Below, one piece after another: positions 29,886 through 44,915 of a stretch of DNA of 64,000 bases (position 1 is the stretch's first letter; every line of letters begins with the position of its first letter). The stretch lies in assembly GCF_009914755.1 (NCBI RefSeq), contig NC_060936.1; one strand, 5' to 3'. The notes beneath the pieces are model-generated. The model did no database searches. It was not told the origin of the DNA and saw only the letters and a list, made by a program, of their open reading frames with translations. The stretch is from the human T2T-CHM13v2.0 reference genome, Homo sapiens. The translations under genes and the position numbers were made by a program.

Positions 29886-31426
29886 GAGTCTCCAAAAGCA
29901 GACTCTTGGGGTAGGTAAACTATTACCTTCTCTCTATTATATAAATCTAGTCAACACTTTGTAAGTTCATAAAAAGTATCAAGCACTATATAGGTATGAA
30001 CTCAATACTCACAACTCTCCCATGGGGTAAATGATTCGATTCTTCTCTCCCTTTTGTAGACAGAAACCAAGGCGCACAGAGAAATTAAATAACCCACCCT
30101 GGGTGCCCCAGCTAAGAAGCACTGAGGCGAGGATTGCTCACAGATTTATAGCTAAGTGCTCTTTTCACGACGCCATGTTGCCTTCGTGAAAGACAAAAGC
30201 CTGGGAAAGCTATGCTTGTGGAAAGATGGAAACGAAATGACAAAGACATGAGGGTTGATAAGGAAGTGGAATTTGTGGGCAGGATGAGACGTGGGGATAG
30301 AGGCTGGTGACAGGAAAATGAAACATCTGGGGACACATTTTCCAAAATGTATTTCATGGAAAACCCTTGCCCTGAGATGCTGCATGGAAAAATGGTTCCT
30401 GACTTTAAGGGGGGAAACACTGCTGACTCTCTCTCCCACTCAGAGATTCACAGTGCCATTAGCATTTCAAAGACTCTGACAAGTATTGCAGAAAAGAGCG
30501 CATATTTAGCTTTGTTTTACCCAGCATTCCTCAAACTTACTTAACCATTCTTTTAATCCTATTTATCTTTAATGTTTCCAAACAAGTCATGTGGATTAGA
30601 GAGAGGAGCTGGAGTAAGGAGACCCAGAGATGCCTATAGATAGGTGTTAACATTCTAACGTTATTTAGGTTCTTCTTTCAGCCCCATTGTTTCTTTCCTT
30701 TTCAAAGCAAGACTCTTAAATATTCACTTATTTTTAAAAATTAACCATCAGACATACAAATAGCATATGGAGACTAATATCAGAAAGGCACTTATGTTAT
30801 ACCACCCAGCTTAAGAAATATAACATTATGGATACAGTTGAGGCCTCCTGCGGACCTTTCCCCATTACCTTCTCTTCTTTATAACCTGACCTCCTCCCTA
30901 GAGGTGTTTTGCAGTATTATCCTGAATTTTTACTTTATCATCCTATGTATGTCTTTATGCTTTTATTATACATGTGTGTATTCTTAAGCAATATAGTGTG
31001 GTTTAATAGGGTCTTAAACTGTTATCATATTGCATATGCCTTCTGTAACTTGCTTTTTATCTAACGTTATACTTGTGAGTGTTTTTCATGTATGGCTATA
31101 TTAGCTCTAGTTCATTCATTTTTACTGTAGTGTAATATTCCCCTGTATGACTATGCCAATATTATTTATCCATACTATGTATAGACATTTAGGATGTTTA
31201 CCATTTTTCTATTACAAATAGCACTGCAATATATATTCTCATGCATGAATTGAGAAAAATATGTAACGCTTTCTCTAAGATATAGACATGGAATGGCTGG
31301 GTTATAGGGTATGTGCATATTCAACTTTCCTAGATTCCTAGATATTACCAAATTGTTCTCCAAAGTAGTTATGCTAATTTCAGTTCCTACCCACTGTGTA
31401 TGAGGGTTCCAGTGGCTCCACATTAA

Positions 31427-31802
<376 letters not shown>

Positions 31803-32521
31803 TATTATGGTTTTAATTTGCATCTGCCCAGTAACTAACTAATGAGATTGATCATTATATTATGTGCTTGTTGGCAATTTAGGTTTCCTCTTCTGTGTAC
31901 TTCCTCTTCCTTTGCACATTTATTTTTGTTTATTTTTTCTAGTAACTTATCTTTTTCTCATTAACTTTTGAAAGTTCTTTCTTAGTTCTCAATACTACCT
32001 TTTCTCAATTACTTGCTTTATAAATATCTTCCTGAAGACTGGAGCTCTCTTTTCACTTTTTGGAAATTTTTTGCATAAAAGTTTTAAATTACAATTTAAT
32101 TCAACTTATCTATGTTTTAATTATAGTTTATACCTTTTGTATCTTGTTTAAGAAATCTTTCCCCACAGTCAAGCTGTAGAGGTACTCTAGTATATTGTCT
32201 TCTAAAAGTTTTAAAGTTTTGCCTTTTACGTTTAGATCTTATAAACTTGAGATTAATTTTTGTGCATGATATGAGGGAAGGAACCATTTCCCCTACCACC
32301 CCTCCAATATGGAGAGCCTCTTGTTATAGAACCATTTGTTAAATAGTCTACCATTTTCTCCACAGAGACTTTGCAACACTCTCTTTGTCATTATGATATT
32401 TTATTATCATACGAGTCTCTTTTGGGTCATAATACCATATCCTTATTCTGCTTATCTATTTCTACACCAATATCATACTGAATTAGTTACTATAGCTTTA
32501 TAATAAGTTGATTTCTGGTAT

Positions 32522-33335
<814 letters not shown>

Positions 33336-33922
33336 TAGGGCAAGTCCCATAACTTATTCTGTTATTCAAAACCATCATAGTTGATCATGGCCTTATGTGT
33401 TTCCACATATGCATTTTAGATTTGGTTTGTCAAATTCCATGACCTGGTTTAACCCTTTTATACATAACTCAAATCCTAGGGTGCATTTTTTGCAGCATAG
33501 AACCCCTTCTAAGATTCCACCTTACATTATCCTCAAAGGTGAAGTTAACTAGACCATTTGTGGCTCCATTTTTGATAAGGTATTAATTTATTTGTATTTG
33601 CTTCGTCATATTATAATATCATTATCATGAGATGAAGGTTCTGTTGCCAAGGCAACCAAAAGTGATACATGAGCTTTCAGCTTTATCTAAAACCTTAACT
33701 ATCTTTGGCCGTATTCCATGTACTTTCTTGGCTCTCTTGCCTTCATTCCTGAGGTTGAAAGAATGGACTATTCTACAATTCTGTCAGCGTCTTATGTTTT
33801 ATATCTGTTCCCACCTCTACACACATCAGCATTCTCATCAATCTCTAAATTTACTAACTTAACTCACTTATTTTCTACTATTTATCCTTGAGAGCGCCTC
33901 TCCTTCTGTACAATGCTGAACA

Positions 33923-34270
33923 ACATTCATTCAACATACATATAATGATTACCTAACATGGGCCTGGGCTCAAAAGTCCCAGGTCACAAAAGTAAATGAG
34001 ACAGATGGAGCCTCCACCCTTCCATAAATAAGAAAAATAAGTTGGTGTTAGCTAGAGTTGGGGAAGGGCGCATCAGACAAAGAAAACAATATGTGATAAA
34101 ACCCTGAGGTTTCTAGTAGGACAAGGAGTTTTAAAGGAGGCAATGTGGCTGAATATGAGTGTGTGAGAGTGAGAGGCACTTGAGATGCATCTGGAGAAGC
34201 AGTCAAGGGGAAAATCACAGTGGGCCTCGCAAGGTATCTGCACCACCTGTTGAGGAACGGAGTTGTAAAG
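33923..34270 (-). mobile_element. L2 fragment(s)
   Basis: cattcattcaacata tail, then degenerate antisense L2. Confidence 0.55.
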
Positions 34271-34346
34271 GTCTGAAATGGGTAAGTCATCCAATAAAAG
34301 CTCATTTCTCTCCCTAGCCATGTGCTCCAATTAGTAGTAGAGGAAA

Positions 34347-34558
34347 CCCACCATCATGGGTGTCTGTGGGTGCTGCACTCACACCAGGGAAGTCAGAAGT
34401 CTATCTTGGTAGCATGTCAGCCAACAAGCCTTACCTCCTTAGCCAAGGAGGGGCTGGGGGTCTAAGCTGAGCCAAACAGAGTTCCTCTGGGGAAATCTTG
34501 ATGGTGTAACAGCCAGAGGAAAACATGACTTGGTCAGATTCATTTCACTGACAGCACA
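34347..34558 (+). repeat. Composite direct copy of 34666-34720 and 35313-35467
   Basis: Both pieces align by eye at high identity. Confidence 0.93.
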
Positions 34559-35202
34559 GTTACTGAACACAGTGTGTTCATTGGTCCTTGGAGCATACCT
34601 CCCAGGCCACTTCAGATCTAGATCCATGTGACATCTTGCTGAGATGGGGAAGAGACTCTTTCTCCCCCACCATCATGGGTTTCTTCAGGTGCTGCACTCA
34701 CACCAGGGAAATCAGAAGTCAAGCGCAGGGGCATGGTTCTGTAGCATCACTCAATCTGGGGGATTATTCCACACACAGTAGGTCTCTCTTAATCATCTTC
34801 TTTAGGACTGGAAAGCCAGTGAGCCCCATGCATGTCCAGCAGATAACTGGTATCAGAGCCTCTGACATGGATAAGAGTAGATATATCTTTCCATAGAGAT
34901 TCATTAATCTGGGGTCAGGCATGGGAAAACCATGGTTTTACTGTCCCTAGCTTCTTTATTAGCTTCCTGTCACTTTTTGGTATCTTCATCCTCATTTTTT
35001 TTCTATCAGGTTCCCCAATTTCTCTTTAACTCCGGATTTTCTAATAACAAGCATACTCTCAGGAAATAGGGTATGTTGTATAGAGCATTTAAATATCGGT
35101 CATAGGGTGTAGCTAATCTGTGGCTTTTTGACCCCAGTTTTTAGAGCTGGGGTTTCTGATTCCCCCACTTACCTAATATGAAGAATTCTGAGTGAGCGAG
35201 TG

Positions 35203-35615
35203 TGTTTATTGGGCATTTATTGTTTTTGCCTGCCCGGCATCATTTCTTTCTCTCCTGGTAATGCCAGGACCCTGATTTCTCCTTTAAGGGCTGGCTCCTC
35301 TCCATAGCTTATTCTATCTTGGTGGCACATCAGCTAACAAGCCTTACCTCCTTAGCCATGGAGGGGCTGGGGGTCTAAGCTGAGCCAGAGTTCCTCTGGG
35401 GAAATCTTGATGGTCTAACAGCCAGAGGAAAACATATCTTGGTCAGATTCATTTCACTGACAGCACACAAAGAAATTGTGCCCACTAGGAACTAGTTCCT
35501 GCTATCTAGTGCCCAAAGCAGCTCCATTTCCTCTCCCACTCAATTTTCTTCCATTAAATCCCCAGTTTGCTTAAATTAGAAGCTAAGAAACAACTTAGCT
35601 TCTGTTGTTTGCAAT
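35203..35615 (+). mobile_element. LTR33-like ERVL LTR
   Basis: tgtttttgcctgcccggcatc..ctggtaa..cctgattt; end ttaaatcccc..ttgcttaaatt..ttctgttgtttgcaa. Confidence 0.55.
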
Positions 35616-36500
35616 GGGAGAAAAGTTCAACTCACAAAGTGCATGTGTGCATTTTTCTGGGGTATGGAATTCTTCAAGTTCTCAAAGGCATCCATAATCC
35701 AGAAGGGTTAAGAATCACTAGGTTAGATGATCATATCTGCCTTTGAGGAAGGATTGAATACATGCACCCTTGCAAATTAACAGGTGCTTGAGTCACTGAA
35801 CTAAAAATTGTGGAATTTCTGGCATCCTCTGGCAAAGCAGAGTTATTTTTGGCAGAATGGATGTTTCTCAGGAACTTATAACATAATTGTAGAAATCCCC
35901 TAAATGAAAAGGCTAGTCCTGCCTTTACCCACAGTTGAGGTTTGCTTTCTGATCAAAGATACTCCTTTGCCACCACCTCAACCCATACTTGTTCTCACAG
36001 CATTTTTCTCTCCAGTCAAAAGAGCTCTTTCAGTGCACAGAAAAGTTAACAGCAACTATGGGAGTTAGGGTGGAATAAGTTAAGTCTGTCTCTAGGTCAG
36101 CATTTTCTCAAGTACCAAGTAGGATGCCCGAAAGGGTACGGGAACGTTGGGGCTCCAGAAACTCGGTCCAGCTTAGAAAATCAAAAGCACTTTTTCTATC
36201 TTTCCCTAGCTTTTGAAGTTATTAGAAGCCAAGTCTACTATTAAGTAAAATTGGATGGTTTTTTTGTTACAATTCTAAAATTAAAGGCTTTCAAAAAGAA
36301 AAAAGGAAAGAACAGGCAAGTAGAAACACTTTTGTGTCCAAACCACTAAAACGGGAAGCAGTTCCAATGTATACCCAACTTTTTGTTCCTATGTCATCCC
36401 AATGTGCCTTTTCCCACCGGAAAAATTATTTCAGCCTTATGCGAGGAACATCATTTTAAATTTTGGGTAGCTGTTTTGCATATTGCTATTTAATCATGGG

Positions 36501-36554
36501 CACACACCACACACACACACACACACACATACACACACACACACGAGAGAGAGA
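36501..36554. repeat. Imperfect (CA)n-(GA)n microsatellite
   Basis: Read directly from the sequence. Confidence 0.95.
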
Positions 36555-37357
36555 CACTCGCTCACTCTCCTAAGTTCTCCTTCTGTATTTGCTTCCTTAT
36601 CACTTGAAGTGAGGTGAGTTCAAAAACTTAAGTTTCTTTGTCTTAGTCTGCATCCAGAATCAAACTGTTGGCAACAATGGTGACATCATAAACTGATCTT
36701 GGTTCCTTGAAGAAAATGCTGCTGGGATGTCATAGAAGGCAGAGTGGGCAAATCTGATTGGTAACAGTGAGAGTTGAGTTTGAATAAGGACTTAGAAGCA
36801 GAGTAAAGCAAATGCTCATTTTAAGCTGAACTCACACTGGTCTCTCATGGGAAGGGGAAGCAGCAGCATTGTGTTCAACCACCATCATTTTCCAGTAATA
36901 GGACCCAAGGCCCACTGATTTTCAGAAAGAGAGTGTGATGGCAGCAGCCATTTAGTTGCCCTTGCCATCTCTTCTAACTCAGAAGGTTAATCATTAATTG
37001 TTTTAAAAAGCCATCTCACATTTCATCAGAATATTTTCCTTAATATAAATTTGTCATTTAATGCTAAGTATCAAGCAGTGCTGGACAGTCTACTGCACAC
37101 TATTAGATGATAGCAATAAAAGAATACACGTTCTGGTTGGATGAGTAAAACCTTACCCAATAAGTAATTTTCATTCATAGCTTCTATTAATAGTAACAAA
37201 GCCAGTTATTACTTGCTGGGCAACTGGTACATTATACAGACTATGAAGGTGCTGCACATATGTGAGCTTAAATCCTTCCAGCAACCTAGGATGCCAGCTA
37301 GGCATGGTAGAGAACAGCTTGGCTTCCATGAAAAACCATGAGTTGTTTAGCACTCAC

Positions 37358-37451
37358 CTTTCCCGTTTATCTCATTCTGATTCTATGGGGGACTTGGTGC
37401 CTTTCATTACCTTTGATGGTTATAGATAACCTACATGAAAGTGATTCTTGT
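37358..37451 (-). other. Candidate exon (94 nt)
   Basis: Acceptor tatgtatcttacag|A and donor AAG|GTGAGT; stops in all three frames. Confidence 0.3.
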
Positions 37452-37679
37452 CTGTAAGATACATAAATATATAGTATCCAAATGGAACTAAATTTAATTC
37501 TCCACCCCTTAACCCTCCCAACAGAAAAAGCCAGTTTCTGCCTATTTGTAAACTCATTTCAACATTCCTTTATATAAATTTGTGTTTCTTTTTACTTCTT
37601 CTTTGAACCAAATTTAACATTTGCCTGTTAAACAATATCTTTAGCATGTGCTCATTTTATATCTGTAGGAGGATCAGGA

Positions 37680-37840
37680 TTTTGCATTTATATGTATACT
37701 TTAACAATATTATTAGCTCCATTTTACAGATGAAGATATTGAGGCTCAGAGTAAGATGACTTGCTGGGAACCATTAATGATGAAATGACCTGGCCAGGGT
37801 GAAACCCCTGTATGTTCTGACCCTACGGCCTATGTGCTTT
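37680..37840 (-). mobile_element. MIR
   Basis: ctccattttacagatgaagatattgaggctcagag. Confidence 0.75.
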
Positions 37841-38550
37841 CTTCTAATTGTGCATCTGCTCTATGCCAGGCGTGTGCTAAGTGTGTGGGAATATTATTTT
37901 AAGTCATTTAGATATTAGTGGCCTTTACTATCCTGAAATTATAGAGTTATAAAATCTCCATGATAATTTTATAGCTATGTGTGAGATAAAAATCAAGGCA
38001 AGAAAAAAAAAAAGGCAGAAGAAAAATCCCTAACAGTTGGAGAAAGGAGGATAATGGAGTGGTAAGAATACAATGGAATTAATCTTGGAAAGCTTTTTGG
38101 AAGTTTCTTAATTTGCATTGTCTAAATGGAAAAGGCATAAAAAAGAAGCCTGAAGAGTAAAGCCAACAACTTGTAAACTTGTGTCCTGAAGCTTCAAGTA
38201 CTGTCGCTTAAGAAATAAGCAAGGAAATAGGATACCACTGCTTGTACATCTGTTATCTAACAGTGTAAAAAAAAAGTGACAAATGAGATGAGAACCTAGT
38301 CTAATCTCTTAATCATTCCCATATATAACTATTTTGCATGAAGTTTCCATGGGCCCTAAATATGATAGCGTCATTCTTAAAACTGCTTAAAACTGTCATT
38401 AGATTCACTACGTTTGTAGGCTAAACTCTAAACTCACTTTTTATCATACATTTTTTATCTGGTTCCTGCTATTTCTCATCTCTTCTGGTATCCAGCAGCA
38501 TTTCTCTCTCTTTTTCTTTATTTCTTCCTCCTCCTCTCCTCTCTCTCCCC

Positions 38551-38559
<9 letters not shown>

Positions 38560-38595
<36 letters not shown>
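38560..38595. repeat. (CA)n microsatellite after a CT-rich tract
   Basis: Read directly from the sequence. Confidence 0.95.
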
Positions 38596-38596
<1 letters not shown>

Positions 38597-39984
38597 ACAC
38601 CTACCTCACAATCTAGGCTCCTGACTCTTCAGAGAGTCCTGCAATTCTCCAGCCCACCAAGCTGTGTTGCAACTCAGCCTTTGTTGAACCTTCCTTTTGC
38701 CTTTAACACCGCCCTTTCCACCCCACCCTGCCTCGGCAAGTACTTATTCATTACGTGACGCTCAACTTAAGAATCACCTTCTTTATAAAAAATTCCTGAT
38801 CCTGATTTGTGCAAAGCAGCCACCCCTATACATACATTCTGCCAGCATGTGTTTATGAATCCCTTGGTTGTGCTTCTTTGTTTACACACTTGCTTCCAGG
38901 GACCGTGTCTGCTTGATCTCCCTTCTCTCCCAGAAATTCCCACGATGCCTGCTGCATGGTTTGTGCTCAGTAATTGAACGCATTGTGCATCGGGGAGATG
39001 GCACATTGGCCTGTGTGATGGGCAAGGGGGTGGAGTACCAGAAGGGACCATAAAGTTCAGTGCATTCAAACCCTTCCCTTCATGGTGCAGAGAGAGCTGG
39101 AAGTATTCACAGAACATAGGAGGAAACTGAGGCATTGAAAGAGCTGAAAGTATCAATAGGACTCTTGCCCCTGAGTTTAGTACCCATTCCAACATGCCAC
39201 ACTACTTTCTGGGATGGTTGAGTGTGGGTGAGAGAGAGAGAGTTTATTTTCTGTTTTGCTTTTGTGGTGCTTTCATAATTTTGGTAAAGATATTTTTAAG
39301 TCAGAGCACAGGGCGGTTCAGTTTTCATTACCCAACTTGGCATTTTCCTCTTGTCCACAGAGCAGCTCTGAGCCCTTATCATGGCCCTGTAACCACATCC
39401 TCTGCTGGGTCCAATGCGAAATCAACACTGTCAGTGAAAAACAAACACTAACAGGTGTGCAGCACATTGAGCGAGGGAGGGCGTTTATTCTACAGCAAGG
39501 GTCAGTAAACTGGAGGGAAGGAAAAAGCCGGTCCAGGTATGAGCAAACCGCCTGGGTCCCACAGCCCCCTCGGAGACAGGGAGAGGGTGCCAAAGGCTTC
39601 AAACAGCTGCTGTGGGCCTGCAACAACCAGGCCCACCTGTGAGCAAGCTGCAGAAATGGATTTTGGTAATTACATTCAAAGCTTCTGTCAGAGTCACATG
39701 TTAAAGCTTCTGGGATCTCTTAGATGAGATCCAGGCAAGTGTTGCTGAAATGCACACACTGATGATGATGCAGCAGACACTCCCCGGGTGTCCTCAGCTG
39801 CAGCACCTGCTAGGGACTGGGGAGCAGCAACGGTCACATTTAGGACAGGACATCTTTCATAGGATCTTGTTTCGGGGGAAACAAGACCTTTACAAAGTCT
39901 GCCCTGAGAGGAAATCTCCTGTTCTATATTCCTGAAGCTGCCACCCTGGTGTTCTTCCTGAACCAGGTGACTATACGATGCTGA

Positions 39985-40491
<507 letters not shown>

Positions 40492-40584
40492 TAGCAGGTT
40501 TGTGGTAGAGCCAGGATTTAATTCCAGGTCGTTGGTTTCAGAGTGTGCGTTCTCAGGCCTCCAGGATGCTGCGATTGACCTGAC

Positions 40585-40700
40585 AGTTCGCAGCCTTGGC
40601 TGTACATTAGAATCACCTGGGGAACTTTTAAAAATGCCAGTGCCAGGGCTCACCTCCAAAGATACAGATTTATATGGTTTAGGGTAGGCTGAGTACTAAA
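40585..40700. mobile_element. MER5-family MITE fragment
   Basis: ccttggctgtacattagaatcacctggggaacttttaaaaatgcc. Confidence 0.75.
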
Positions 40701-41890
40701 ATGTGTGTGCCTGTGTGTGTATGTAATGTATAATATGTATGTGTGTGTGTACGTGTGTAATATGTCTTGTGCAACCAGATTAGCCTTAGTCACTTAAAGA
40801 GTGCAGCTGGCACAGGTAGGTGTTTCCCATCACGTCATCCAAGGAAAGTATTGAGGGGTGGCAGACAACATCGGAAGCCCAGCCACAGAAGGTCTGGCTC
40901 GGGCGTGGTGCCATGACTAAGGCTTGGGGAAGAATGCCAGAAAAAAGGAAGAGGCGGCCAAAAAAGGTGCTGTGCTAGAGAGACAAGAAAACCAACAGAG
41001 CCCCATTGCACCGTTTGCCAAGGGTGGCCGTGGAGAACTGCCAAGGGGGAAGACCACAGAGGTGACCACCTTCACGGCCGCACAGAGCGTTCCTGGAACT
41101 CCCCAGTACCAACAAGAATCAGGGTTCCCGGAAAAGTGTTTTAAGACAGAAACTTGCCTTATAAATCACATCTGTTGGAGGTACCAGGGGAGTATTTTGG
41201 GATCTGAAGTGTTCAGGGTAGGAGCCTTTTGAAACCAGGGACTGAGGCCGCGGAGATGTGAGTGCTAGGATGTCAGGGCTTCCCCAGCCCAGCAGTTGCG
41301 AGTCTGGAATCGGCTTGGTTCAGTTGCAAGTTACACTCTCACTCTCCTTACACCCTAGACATGTGTTTTAGAATTATAAAATTTGTGTCTGTTAAAGCCA
41401 AGTTAAAATAGCAAAAAAAAACCACTCAGTTTTATCACCCATGTGTAACAACTATTATTCAGTATATTCCTTTATATTGTTGTCATTTTTTCTGGACATA
41501 ATTTTTCAACAGTGTATATAATGTATATGCAAATATTATAGCCTGCTTTTACACTCAAAATAATATGACCATTTATTCCTTAAGGAATATCCTTTCCTTC
41601 ATAATAATTACACTAACAGTGACCAGTTATTGCTGGGTTTCTGAAAATTGAATAATCTATGAACTCATTCTATAGAAAAAAATTTGCATGAACATCTACC
41701 GGTAAAAATTGTTTTTATCTTTACTTAAATATACAGGACCTAAAACAAGTACTTTATAACATAAAGATGTACATCTATATGTTATATATCTACATCTGTC
41801 TCTCCTTTTTTATAAGGCCTAAAAACAAATGCTTTATTACTTGCAAACCACAACATCAAAACAATTTTATATGTTAAAAATAAGACAACA

Positions 41891-42285
<395 letters not shown>

Positions 42286-42644
42286 TCACTCAGTTCCTAT
42301 ACCACTTTTCTCTGTTCTAAACTCTTAGGACATTTATGTGCACAACCTGAAGGCATCCTGGGCTTTCACTTGGCATAAACACTTCCTTTATATCAACTCT
42401 GATTTCCTTCTATTTTCTCTAGCTCATGACACTTCAAGTAGTACCATCTGGTACCAATTGTAATCATAAACACAGATTATGAATTGAGTTCCCAAACTGA
42501 ATCCAAATAGATCTTTCAGCTGATCCGTAATATGGCTATATTAATTTTTAAATTGATTGAAAGGTAAACAGAAATGTAATAATGTTCCACAGAGAACTTC
42601 CAAACCTAGAAGACTTATCATCACACTCCTGTCATTTTGAGAAA

Positions 42645-42860
42645 CACTGATTTATTGAATGCCTCACTTATACCAGGTAACTGAGCTGGAGCCACTTACC
42701 CCCTGTAACAACATATCATTCCCATTTCTCAGATGAGGTAGCCGAGGTTTGTAGAGGTTATGAAATGTGATGAAGAACATGGAGCTGTCAGGTGAAGGAG
42801 CTGTGATTCGAATCCTGGTCTCTGCCATTCCAAAGCCAGTGTCCTTGGACCATGATCTCA
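42645..42860 (-). mobile_element. MIR
   Basis: tttattgaatgcc..cccatttctcagatgagg..gattcgaatcc. Confidence 0.7.
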
Positions 42861-43835
42861 CGTGGCCTTCCACAACTTCTTACAAAGTGTTCTTCTCCCA
42901 TGTGGGGTTTAGCATGTTTATACTGACTGAGACCAGAGTTAGAGATAAATGATTGGTTTTTTCCCTTTAGAGAAAGCCTAGCGTTTGTCATTTATGGTGT
43001 ATTTATTTGCTTATGAAAATAACCTAATGAGGATGGACCCTTTAAGATATTTCAGTAGATCTGGCAGTAGCCCAGGTGATTGGCAGTAGCTTGCCAGCTA
43101 TTAAATCATTCTGAATATATGAAGAATTGTCATTTTCTTCTCAAAAGGGCTTTGTCACGTGGTGTAATCCCTGCACACACATTGGCATAAGCAGGAGCTG
43201 TCTCTGTGCAAATCCATTCTTGGAACCAATCATATTAACTTGATATTTCATGTTTTGGCCCAATACCATAAACTGGCACAAATAACACTAACCTTGCCAC
43301 GCACTAAAGATTGGAATAATAAATCAGCCAGCCTGTAATTATATTGGGAGAGCCAGCTTTATTCTTTAGTGAGCAGATTGATGTATCTGTTTAGACTGGT
43401 TGCCTTTAGGGCTCTCTGGGAACCTGGTCTGACTTTCTAGTGCCCAGGCAGGCACTGCCCCAGATCACTGCATATATAGGTGAGTTCCCGCTGTGCAGGT
43501 CTGTCAGGACCAAACTGGTTTCCAAACCTGGCTGGCTTCTCCGCAAGGTGCATAGCTGTCAAAAGTGAAACAAAGCGAAGGGCTTGGGATGCCAGAAAGA
43601 CAAAAGCTCATCCATCAGGCTCAGCAGGAAAGGCAGGGGAGGCAGCGGCGGGAAGCCTTCCTTAGCTGTGTGATCCTAGATGGCTGTTAACTTAGCATTT
43701 GAGGACTGTCTCAGATAGACACAATTGGACCAGGTAATTCCTTTGTCTGAATTCATGTCATTTCTTCAGCAATGGCAGAAAGGACTTGAAGCAGCAGGTC
43801 TAAGTGGGCAAAATAAGACAAAATAAGTGGGCAAA

Positions 43836-44000
43836 ATACTGACTGGGACCAGGGCTAGAGATAAATGATTTTTTTTTTCCTTTAGAGAAAACCTAGCATT
43901 TGTCATTTATGATGTATTTATTTGCTTATGAAAATAACCTGATGAGGATGGACCCTTTAAGATAGTACAGTGGATTTGGCAGTAGACCAGGTGGTTGACA
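43836..44000 (+). repeat. Direct copy of 42920-43085
   Basis: Shared block atactgactg..agagataaatgatt..tatttatttgcttatgaaaataacct..gaggatggaccctttaagata..tggcagtag. Confidence 0.95.
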
Positions 44001-44319
44001 CCTGGTATGACAAAATAATGTAGCAAAAACATTTCATATAGGGGGAAATATTCCCTGTCTGTTGTCTTGCTTGCTTCCAAGACAGTATGAAGAAGATTAT
44101 ATGAAATATTAATGAGGAGACGGGTAAGTCGGTGAAAGAAGGGGCCTACTCCTGAATCCTGCCATTAAAATTTGCAGATTAATTCCATTGGAATTTAAAA
44201 CGTATCGTTGCATTGTGGCATCAAGTGTGAAGAGGTCCCGCCTGGATATATGTTCCTTGCCTGATTCCTGAATGGCTTAATTTGGCTTTGCCTGTCTGAC
44301 TCATATGCCTTCCCCACAT

Positions 44320-44915
44320 TAAATTGGATGGTTTATTTTCTGAGATCAAGTGGGCTATTTTGGCTTCATGGCTGTATCTCTTTGCTTTTGTGGTTTTCTC
44401 TGCTGGGAATCCTCTAACTGAGTCCTCACATGCCTGGTGGCTTTTGGGTGCTCTGGTCCCAGTGTTCAAATTGCCTCTTCTCAGAGAAAGGCTTTTCCCC
44501 AACTCTCTCTGCTCCTAATCACTCTGTTGCATGTCTTTGTTTAATACTTTAATACTCTAGGATTATGTCATTTATTTCCTTGTCTATTTTCTGTCCCCAC
44601 CTTCACATGTATGGGTCTTGTTTTCCACAGTATCTTCAGTGCTTAGGACAGTATCAAGTACACAGTGGGCATCCACTAAATATCTCCTCTTATGTAGTGA
44701 GCCCTCCTAGAGCACTAACCATGTTGCCAGACACCATCCTGAAAGCTTTATGAATATTAATTCATTTAATCCTTGCAACAAGCCTAGGAGGTAAGTCCTA
44801 TGTTTGTCTCTATTTTATAGATGGAGAAACTGTTAAGTGACTCTAGAGTCCATTCTCTGAATGACTGCCTTAGGTTGCCTCTCTAGTATTTTTGTGGAGT
44901 AAGTGAATGAATGTC
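44320..44915 (+). mobile_element. L2 3' fragment with an embedded antisense MIR (~44690-44880)
   Basis: ttctcagagaaaggctt..cagtgcttaggacagt..aagtgaatgaatg; aattcatttaatccttgcaacaa. Confidence 0.6.

Noticed and set aside
40924-41232. 102-aa ORF (GKNARKKEEAAKK...)
   Set aside because: Non-ATG start, no recognisable domain, and no convincing splice boundaries.
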